A stretch of DNA of 64,000 nt from an uncultured virus (IMG/VR IMGVR_UViG_3300029305_003094) (taxonomy: Duplodnaviria > Heunggongvirae > Uroviricota > Caudoviricetes): IMG/VR virus record IMGVR_UViG_3300029305_003094; one strand, 5' to 3'. Shown one piece after another: positions 1-6,925 of this stretch. The position numbers were made by a program, and so were the translations under genes. Numbering within the stretch: the stretch's first letter is position 1; each line of letters begins with the position of its first letter. Under the pieces are notes generated by a model. That model worked only from the letters and a program-made list of their open reading frames with translations. It ran no database searches and was not told the DNA's origin.

Positions 1-34
1 CACCTTCCGAGTAATTTCCCGGAAAGTGGCGTTT

Positions 35-1702
35 TTACCCATATTTAGGGTAAATCCCAGTATAATAATAAAAAAAGTCCACGCCAACTCTATCAAAGTT
101 AGCGTGGACATATGGTACACCGGAAGCGGTACCCACAGTATTTGTCACTGGGGAGTCGGTTCCGGTGGCGGCCAATGGGTAAATAAGCGGAGAAATGGAT
201 ACACCGGTGGCGGTGTAGTCGATTTCACCGGATGGGTCTGTGTCGAAAATGGTCCAAATGGTGATCTCGTTTATTCCGACTTCCACACGAGAAACGATGG
301 AAAGCAGGGCAGAGGCGTCTTCATTTGAAGAAACGATGTGATCAATGATGCCGCCAAGCAGTTCATCCGGGATCATGGAGCCGTCAACGCTGGACTTCAG
401 GGACTTTGCTTGAGCGTCCAGCGCGGTTTTTTTGTTTTCCAGCTCTCGCACCTTGGAAAGCAAAGTCGGACTGGAGAGGCCTGCCAGAATGGCGTCGGTG
501 GCGTTCTCCAACTTCTTTTCAACATCCCTACGCTCCACGATAATAGCCTGCAAAGTTGTGGCGGCGCCGGCGTGGATACGGGCGCGTTCTTCCTGCAGAA
601 TCCTGATCAAGTTTTTCCGATTTTCCGGTGGGGTTAGAACTTGGCGCACGGAATCGACCACAACACTTTCCAATTCGTTTGCGGAAATTGGTGAGGAAAT
701 GCAGGTATGCTTCCGCTTCTTGCCGGAGCATTTGTAATAATCGTACTTCATCTTTGAAGTGGAAATGATCATGGCGCTCTTGCATTCCGCACAGAACACC
801 TTTCCTTTTAACGGGTAGTCCCTTTTCTGCGCCGGCCGGCCACCCTGTTGGCGCTTGTTTGCGGCCATTTTTTCTTGAACCTTTTGGAAGAGCTCCTTGC
901 TGACGATGGGTGGAATTGCGTCTTCAATCCTAATGACGTTGGCCCCGTCTTTCTTGTGGGTGTTCCGGGAACCGTCCTCACGATATGGGGAGGCGCCGTA
1001 GGTCAGGACGCCGATATACTTTTCGTTACGGAGCAGATCGTGGAGGCTGTTTGCGCCAAAGGCACTTCCACGCTTTGTTTTTAGACAGTCACGGTTGAGC
1101 CCTTCGATAATTTGCCGGTAGGAATAACCGCCGGCATATTCCTGAAAAATGCGGCGTACAATGGCGGCCTCGGCCTCACAAACGACGAGACGGCCGTTTT
1201 CTACCATGTAACCCAGTGCAGGTTTGCCACCGGTGTGCTGACCGTTGCGAGCCATGAACCGCATCTTCTCCACAGTCTTTTGCCGGCTTTGCAGCGCCCA
1301 AATCTGATTGAAGAGCGCCATGCTGCCTTCCGTAAGAAAATTGGTGGGGTCGCGTAGATCCTTGCCGATCATGGGCTGCGTGACAGAAACGACCTTTACC
1401 CCCAGGGCAGAGAGCTCGTCACGGAAGGCAAACCAAGCAGTCATTTTGCGGAACATACGGGACTGATCGTAGATCACGACGGTATCTGCAATGCCTTGGC
1501 GCAGCTGCATCATCATGTTTTCGTACTGCGGCCGTGAATCCTTCATACCGGAGGTGGCTTCATCGGAGAAGATGCCCAGAATCGGAATGTTATTTCGATG
1601 GCACCACTCGGTACACTTTTCCACCTGCACCTCGATGCTGTCAGGATTCTGATTGTCTGTGGAGTATCTGGCGTTGATAAACGCACCGGGTATCCGGTCC
1701 AT
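35..1702 (-). CDS. Large serine recombinase (phage integrase)
   Basis: ARYSTDNQ catalytic Ser motif, recombinase domain (GGKPALGY, LLRNEKYIG), Zn ribbon CAEC/YYKC, coiled coil; AAAGGAG RBS. Confidence 0.95.
   Translation of the reverse strand: MDRIPGAFINARYSTDNQNPDSIEVQVEKCTEWCHRNNIPILGIFSDEATSGMKDSRPQYENMMMQLRQGIADTVVIYDQSRMFRKMTAWFAFRDELSALGVKVVSVTQPMIGKDLRDPTNFLTEGSMALFNQIWALQSRQKTVEKMRFMARNGQHTGGKPALGYMVENGRLVVCEAEAAIVRRIFQEYAGGYSYRQIIEGLNRDCLKTKRGSAFGANSLHDLLRNEKYIGVLTYGASPYREDGSRNTHKKDGANVIRIEDAIPPIVSKELFQKVQEKMAANKRQQGGRPAQKRDYPLKGKVFCAECKSAMIISTSKMKYDYYKCSGKKRKHTCISSPISANELESVVVDSVRQVLTPPENRKNLIRILQEERARIHAGAATTLQAIIVERRDVEKKLENATDAILAGLSSPTLLSKVRELENKKTALDAQAKSLKSSVDGSMIPDELLGGIIDHIVSSNEDASALLSIVSRVEVGINEITIWTIFDTDPSGEIDYTATGVSISPLIYPLAATGTDSPVTNTVGTASGVPYVHANFDRVGVDFFYYYTGIYPKYG
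70..109 (-). terminator. Intrinsic terminator, originally downstream of host tRNA-Arg
   Basis: 13-bp stem GTCCACGCTAACT/AGTTGGCGTGGAC (one G-U) followed by U7 on - strand, 3 nt after the CCA of the duplicated core. Confidence 0.85.
113..150. repeat. Left attachment junction: core 113-126 plus attP arm 129-150
   Basis: Core identical to the tRNA-Arg 3' end; 129-150 is a 19/22 inverted copy of 31568-31589. Confidence 0.92.
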
Positions 1703-1775
1703 ATGGCGCTCCTTTCTTTTATCCCCTCCAGGCTACGGCCGATGGAGGGGGCTCATTGTGTTCGTTTGATAAATG

Positions 1776-2408
1776 TTAGTGGCTATTGGAGGTGATAATT
1801 TCACCGGTATCAAAATCGATAGTCGTGAACTGGATTTTGGTGTCGATACCAGCAATCATGTGGTAGAAAGCTACGTTAATAACAAGCGTAGTCTCAGCAA
1901 AGCAAATGTCGCTCTCGTATCCTTTGCGATTAACTTTCATGGTGAATGAAGAATAATCCTCGTTGTGCTCAATGTCTTTGATATAAGGATATGCTAAGCT
2001 GTTCTTGTAATCTGTGATTGTAGAATTGATCGACACAGATAATTCGTTAAGAAGTTCTTCGTGTCTAGATTTTGTCATAAGCACACTCACAGACCCGTCT
2101 TCCTGTACCTTTGCAGATAGAAAATCGTTCTCTTTTATATACGCTTCGCTATCAAACGTATTTGCGTTCAGATCTTCAAAATAAGATGCAGGAAAAATAA
2201 GCTCAACAGTTAACAGGTTTTTATCGACTCCAATCTGACCAGCAGCGGTATCGCTAGCGGAAGTACTTGCGGATGGTTCAATTGGTGTGGCGCTTGGAGA
2301 AAGCTTGTTACCGGAATACTCCGTGGACATGGGGGCAGACGGTTTGCATCCTGCAATGAAGACGATCAGGGTGACACAAAGAATTGAAGAAAACAATTTT
2401 CTCACCAT
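1776..2408 (-). CDS. Lipoprotein, possible superinfection exclusion protein
   Basis: Signal peptide with lipobox IAGC, Ser/Thr/Pro linker, GGAGG RBS, located between repressor and integrase, AT-rich. Confidence 0.7.
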   Translation of the reverse strand: MVRKLFSSILCVTLIVFIAGCKPSAPMSTEYSGNKLSPSATPIEPSASTSASDTAAGQIGVDKNLLTVELIFPASYFEDLNANTFDSEAYIKENDFLSAKVQEDGSVSVLMTKSRHEELLNELSVSINSTITDYKNSLAYPYIKDIEHNEDYSSFTMKVNRKGYESDICFAETTLVINVAFYHMIAGIDTKIQFTTIDFDTGEIITSNSH

Positions 2409-2660
2409 ATAAAATTACCTCCGATATTATAGCTGCGACCGGCCAGAATAACTGTGCTACGATAGTAATAAAACTGTACACTGGAGTTGCTTGTGATTGT
2501 TATCATGATGCCTTAAGCTTAAGATACAACAGCACTTTGTTATTTTCAATATGTAATTTCATAAAATGAAAAATAAGAACGATATATTCTTCGGCGCAGA
2601 TCCGTGACTGCCAAGCTTAATTATCCGAAATATTGGACACATAAAAAAATATACTGTTTG

Positions 2661-2674
2661 CGAACGGATGTTCT
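2661..2674 (+). promoter_or_regulatory. LexA/DinR (SOS) box
   Basis: CGAACGGATGTTCT fits the Bacillota GAAC-N4-GTTC box, just upstream of the RBS of ORF 2692. Confidence 0.65.
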
Positions 2675-2691
2675 AAAAGGAGGATGTACAA

Positions 2692-2892
2692 ATGGTAAAC
2701 GGTATTCGGAAAAAGAAAGATGTGAGATCTGCGGTGCGTGGGCTGGGTAAGCCTGCAAAAGAGAAGTCTATGAGCAAAGAGGAAATGATAGAGAAAACTG
2801 CTGATAATTTAAGGGTGCTCTATTATGAGGATCTGGAATTTGTGTACAAAATGGTTGAAGGATTGATACAGAAAAAATACAGGTTGAGATAA
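2692..2892 (+). CDS. Small hypothetical protein, possibly SOS-inducible antirepressor
   Basis: AAAGGAGG RBS, SOS box upstream, convergent with the repressor. Confidence 0.55.
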   Translation: MVNGIRKKKDVRSAVRGLGKPAKEKSMSKEEMIEKTADNLRVLYYEDLEFVYKMVEGLIQKKYRLR

Positions 2893-2918
2893 AAAGAAGT
2901 GACCAGGGAAAGCCTCGG

Positions 2919-3299
2919 TCACTTCTTTTTTAGGTTATCGGCGTATTTGCGTGTAATGTCGGCCACCAGCGGCCAAAACTCCGGAGGGAGATCTGCCAGT
3001 GCAGCGATGAATGCGCTGCGCTCATCCGGGGCAGTGGCCAGAACATCAGAAAAGAAGTTCTGCAGCTTGTCGCGCTGGGAGTCGGCAATCTGCATCTCCC
3101 CTTCGCCGGTGCGCAGCCACTGTTCATTGATGCGGAACTGTTCACAGACGGCGCCAATGATTTCGTCCCGTGGAATTACTTTATCGTAAATGATGTTTGC
3201 GACCTCTCCACGGCTTCGCTTGATCCTTTTAGCAAACTTTTCTTGGGATAAGCCTGTGTGATCGAGGACTTGCCGAAAACGTGCGTTGATTTGGTACAT
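2919..3299 (-). CDS. XRE-family HTH phage repressor (CI-like, no peptidase domain)
   Basis: GLSQEKFAKRI...INEQWLRTGEGEM signature; GGAGGTG RBS before ATG at 3299. Confidence 0.88.
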   Translation of the reverse strand: MYQINARFRQVLDHTGLSQEKFAKRIKRSRGEVANIIYDKVIPRDEIIGAVCEQFRINEQWLRTGEGEMQIADSQRDKLQNFFSDVLATAPDERSAFIAALADLPPEFWPLVADITRKYADNLKKK

Positions 3300-3321
3300 T
3301 GTTGCACACCTCCATGGCTGC

Positions 3322-3350
3322 ATTCTACAACATTGGGCTTGTTGTGTCAA
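3322..3350 (-). promoter_or_regulatory. Leftward (lysogenic) sigma-A promoter
   Basis: TTGACA-17 nt-TAGAAT on - strand. Confidence 0.8.
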
Positions 3351-3383
3351 GACAAAAAATAGAAAAAATAACGAAATCATGTA

Positions 3384-3412
3384 TTGACATTACAGAAACA
3401 GTGTGATATATT
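3384..3412 (+). promoter_or_regulatory. Rightward (early lytic) sigma-A promoter
   Basis: TTGACA-17 nt-TATATT with TG extension; quasi-palindrome TTGTAGCCACACGACAA just downstream (possible operator). Confidence 0.8.
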
Positions 3413-3608
3413 GTAGCCACACGACAAGTTATAGCCGTGAAGCGACAAAACGAGCTGCGACATTGTGGGCGCCTTCTCATTTATGGATCTGGGTATTCGG
3501 TATCCATCCCGATGTAAAAGACACGATCACCCAGAAATTGCCTTGAAGGCTCGGCAGCTGTAGCATGTGCTAAAACAAAATTCAACTTTTTCTATAGGAG
3601 GTAATTCG

Positions 3609-3761
3609 ATGAGCGAAGAAAAGAAGCAGGAGTGCCTGAGCGAGATCAAGAACTCGCTGGCGGAGATCCCTGCAGAGATCCAGCCGGAGGTGGCCAAGCT
3701 GATCACTCATGACATTGGCGTAATTGCCAAAGCCATCAAAATCGCAAACGCTTGCAAATAA
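3609..3761 (+). CDS. Small hypothetical protein (first early gene)
   Basis: AGGAGG RBS, 50 aa. Confidence 0.7.
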   Translation: MSEEKKQECLSEIKNSLAEIPAEIQPEVAKLITHDIGVIAKAIKIANACK

Positions 3762-3781
3762 AAATGAAAGAGGGAGCAACG

Positions 3782-4024
3782 GTGAGCATCGAGAAGTATT
3801 TCGGGCAGTACACGCCGATCTGCGATTACTGCGAAAAGACTTTGCCGGGGTCGTACAGCTACGAGGGGGCAGCAAGGACTGCTGCAGCGGCCGGATGGGA
3901 GACCCGTGGTGGAACGGATGATCGGATCCACGTATGCACGGATTGCCAGTTTGAAGAAAAGGGTTATTCGGAAGAGGATGCCCCTGATCCCCGTAAAGGA
4001 CTTTTGGAAAACAGAAGGTATTGA
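3782..4024 (+). CDS. Hypothetical Zn-finger protein
   Basis: CDYC and CTDC motifs; GGGAG RBS before GTG. Confidence 0.65.
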   Translation: MSIEKYFGQYTPICDYCEKTLPGSYSYEGAARTAAAAGWETRGGTDDRIHVCTDCQFEEKGYSEEDAPDPRKGLLENRRY

Positions 4025-4036
4025 TGGAGGTATAGT

Positions 4037-4174
4037 ATGCCAATTGTTTGTGACAGAAAGACCGGCACTGTAAAGACTGTGCCGACCATTACCCCGGAGC
4101 AGAATAGCAAGGCGTGGGAGATCATTCTGCGAGAGTACATAAAAAAGCACCCCGAGGTGCTGGGTGGCAAGTAA
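4037..4174 (+). CDS. Small hypothetical protein (45 aa, MPIVCDRKTG...)
   Basis: GGAGG RBS; read manually, below the ORF-track cutoff. Confidence 0.65.
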   Translation: MPIVCDRKTGTVKTVPTITPEQNSKAWEIILREYIKKHPEVLGGK

Positions 4175-4502
4175 AACACCTTCTGGGCGGTTGTGGTAAA
4201 CAGCCGCACCACAGACCGAGTCCTCGATAACGTATCGCCATAAGAGGTTGGTTGCCGAGCTGCCGGCAGCTGTAAAACGGTCTTGCAGTAATTTTAGAAG
4301 GGAGGGACGAGCAACATGAATAATGTGTGTGTCATTTTTGGCGCATTGCCGTGGCGGACCGGATATCCGCTGCCGTCCTTTCCTTGGGCCCTGCCCTTGG
4401 CACCCCCGACAAGGGTGAGCCCTAAACGAGCACACAATCAACTGATCAGCTGGTATACAGCCGGCTTCAAGTAGTGCCTCGCTTCGGGGGAGCAATTGAT
4501 AT

Positions 4503-4579
4503 GGACCCGTAGCTCAGAGGGTTAGAGCAGCGGACTCATAATCCGACGGTCTTCGGTTCAAGCCCGAACGGGGCCACCA
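4503..4579 (+). tRNA. Phage tRNA with CAT anticodon (Ile2-like; Met not excluded)
   Basis: Cloverleaf, CTCATAA loop, GGTTCAAGCCC T arm, encoded CCA; A3-G70 and G27-A43 mismatches. Confidence 0.85.
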
Positions 4580-4716
4580 ACACCCCCCGGTGCAGCAGCC
4601 ATCCCTGCGGCCGGAGTGGATCATGCTTCCTCTTTCTTGCCATGCGTGTGTCAGACAAAAGGGTGTGGGATGGCACACCCGAAAAAACCAAACGATTCAG
4701 AAAAGGAGAATGCACA

Positions 4717-5133
4717 ATGAGCGATATTGAACAGAGCATCTTGGATGATGAGATCATGGAAATGGCAAACCAGGGCTGCAATAAACCTGAAGCTGCAGAG
4801 CAGCATTGCGAAGGCTCACGCCCTGTGGAGAAGTGCTGCGAAGGAACTGAAGGTGCTGGAAACTGCCGTTTTTGGCCTGACGTCATGAAGTCGATCGAGA
4901 AGGAGAAGAAGGAAGCCGAAGAAAGGGAAAAGGCCATGCACAGAAAATGGCGCCGCCGCAGGATCATCATGACGGCAACGTGGGTTTCGATTTGTGCTGC
5001 CGCTGTGGCTGCGCTGATCACCGTGCTTTATGTACCCAGCGCAATCCCTTGGGTGGTGAATATTGGAACTATGTGCTTTGTGGTGGCAGGGGCGATCCTT
5101 ATTGACCGTGCGTTTATTCGGTGCCGCATATGA
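4717..5133 (+). CDS. Hypothetical membrane protein (two C-terminal TM helices)
   Basis: AAGGAG RBS; two hydrophobic segments after an Arg-rich stretch. Confidence 0.7.
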   Translation: MSDIEQSILDDEIMEMANQGCNKPEAAEQHCEGSRPVEKCCEGTEGAGNCRFWPDVMKSIEKEKKEAEEREKAMHRKWRRRRIIMTATWVSICAAAVAALITVLYVPSAIPWVVNIGTMCFVVAGAILIDRAFIRCRI

Positions 5134-5309
5134 GATACAAAATTCCCGACGAGACGCAGACGGTGTGGCTGCAGGAAAACGGCATCAGCCCGGATGGAAT
5201 GTTCGTGGTGCATGATGGCGGAAGCTACCTGCTTGTGCAGAACTACAAAACCGGTGACGAGATCGTGATCCGCCGGAATGCGAATAAAAAGAAAGAGGTG
5301 GCATCGTGA
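5130..5309 (+). CDS. Hypothetical phage protein
   Basis: ATGA overlap with the upstream gene. Confidence 0.65.
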   Translation: MRYKIPDETQTVWLQENGISPDGMFVVHDGGSYLLVQNYKTGDEIVIRRNANKKKEVAS

Positions 5310-5875
5310 TAGTGAAAGAAAAAGGCCTCCTTCGTCTGATGAAGGAAGCCTATAAGGGCAGCGGCTACACCGTGGCTGCTGATAAAGGCGAAGAGGAAGA
5401 TTACCTGTGCATCAGCTACTGGGGCTGGAAGGTGGGCATCGCCTTTGATGCGGTACCTCGGAAGGTGTTGGGTCTGTTGGCGGAGCACATTGGCAAGCTG
5501 CCCACCCTGGGCGAAGCCTTTAAGGTGCAGAAGGACGAGGTGCAGCGAGAGCTGTTTGAAACCGCAACGGCACCCTTCGATGATCTGCGCCAGTGCATCG
5601 AGCACTGGGAGACCCACAAGATGATGAAGCCGACCAAGCTGGAGTGGGACGGTGCCCGGATTTGGCAGGCCCCCAGGGACAAGACCATCGTGTTGCTGGA
5701 TCCTCAGATGGCGCAGCTGGCCATGTTTGGTGACGGCAGCATTGACGTGCGGCTGGAAGGGCGGCAGCTGATGATTCAGGGAAAGCGCAGCTATGCCGCC
5801 GTGAACAAGGGCTACGTCAACGACGGAGACAAGGAGCTGCTGGAGCACCTTGTTGAGGTCAAATGGACAGTATAA
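5306..5875 (+). CDS. Hypothetical phage protein
   Basis: GAGGTG RBS, GTGA overlap, 189 aa. Confidence 0.75.
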   Translation: MIVKEKGLLRLMKEAYKGSGYTVAADKGEEEDYLCISYWGWKVGIAFDAVPRKVLGLLAEHIGKLPTLGEAFKVQKDEVQRELFETATAPFDDLRQCIEHWETHKMMKPTKLEWDGARIWQAPRDKTIVLLDPQMAQLAMFGDGSIDVRLEGRQLMIQGKRSYAAVNKGYVNDGDKELLEHLVEVKWTV

Positions 5876-5976
5876 AAAGAGCCGGTGCCTCCACCGACCA
5901 AAGCGAAGCACCGGATCCGAAACACAACCAAAAGAGGCTGTATATCCAGTATAGCATACAGCCTCCTACAAATCAA
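5874..5976 (-). ncRNA. Candidate antisense sRNA with its own promoter and terminator
   Basis: TTGATT-17-TATACT (5976-5948, TG extended); CCGGTGC/GCACCGG hairpin followed by U tract near 5874. Confidence 0.5.
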
Positions 5977-5985
5977 GGAGGATTT

Positions 5986-6363
5986 ATGAACGATATGAAT
6001 AACTGGGCCAAGCAGGCTCAGGAGAAGCTGAAAACCGAGGCAAAGACAGTCAGTGGTCAGAAGGAGAAGGTCATGGCAGGCCCGGTAATGGAGGCCATCA
6101 AGAATTTCTGTGCACAGGACGAAGAATTTGCGCAGGCCGTGGTGCAGGGCGGCACCTTCGCCGACTGCATGAAGGCCGTGGCGGCCGGTGTGGGTAGTTC
6201 GATTTCGGATATCGATGCCTACGAGAAAGCTGTCCGGTTTTATTTTCCCGGAGCAAAGGTGCAGATGCAGCTGACCATCGATCTCATCGGCGATGCCGCT
6301 AAGCCCACCAATGAGGAAAAGCAGACCGGTCCTATTATTCTGGATCTGATGAGCTTCTTCTGA
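5986..6363 (+). CDS. PcfK-like protein
   Basis: FAQAV...TFADCMKAV...ISD.DAY..AV.FY pattern, upstream of a PcfJ-like gene. Confidence 0.6.
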   Translation: MNDMNNWAKQAQEKLKTEAKTVSGQKEKVMAGPVMEAIKNFCAQDEEFAQAVVQGGTFADCMKAVAAGVGSSISDIDAYEKAVRFYFPGAKVQMQLTIDLIGDAAKPTNEEKQTGPIILDLMSFF

Positions 6364-6376
6364 GCGAGGTGGCGGC

Positions 6377-6925
6377 ATGATCGCGTATAAGGGATTTAAC
6401 AAGGGACTTGTGTGTCGTGGCTATAAATTCAAAATGGGAATAAATACCACGGAAAAGGCACAAGCGGTTGAGTGTGGTTTTCACTGTGCAGAGGATCCGC
6501 TGGATTGTCTCTCTTATTATCCAAACATGAACATGTCTGAGTACTACATTGTAGATGCTGGTGGAGATGTCGACGAGGATGGTACAGATACCAAAATCAG
6601 CTGCACAGAGCTCAACATAATTAAAAAGCTTAGCAAGGAGGACTTTGTCCTTCATGCGTTAGCGTATATGGTAGATCACCCGAAAAGAAAGAAGAATGGC
6701 CACGTAAAAACCGACAAAGCTGAAGCCAATAGTAATGGATTTGTGATCGTAATAGGAGAAGATCCTACTGCTCGTGGCAAGAAAAACGATATCCTTGCTT
6801 TTGTAAAGCAAGCGACGAGTGGCGAAATTGTTGAGGTTTCAATGGCCATCGTCGATGGAAAGACGATTTTTCCGGGAATTTGGTACGGCGCTGATCTTTC
6901 GGAAAGGCAGGTGGCAGTACAGTGA
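6377..6925 (+). CDS. Conserved phage protein (YKGF...CGFHCAEDPLD motif)
   Basis: Recurrent phage N-terminal domain; GAGGTG RBS. Confidence 0.7.
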   Translation: MIAYKGFNKGLVCRGYKFKMGINTTEKAQAVECGFHCAEDPLDCLSYYPNMNMSEYYIVDAGGDVDEDGTDTKISCTELNIIKKLSKEDFVLHALAYMVDHPKRKKNGHVKTDKAEANSNGFVIVIGEDPTARGKKNDILAFVKQATSGEIVEVSMAIVDGKTIFPGIWYGADLSERQVAVQ

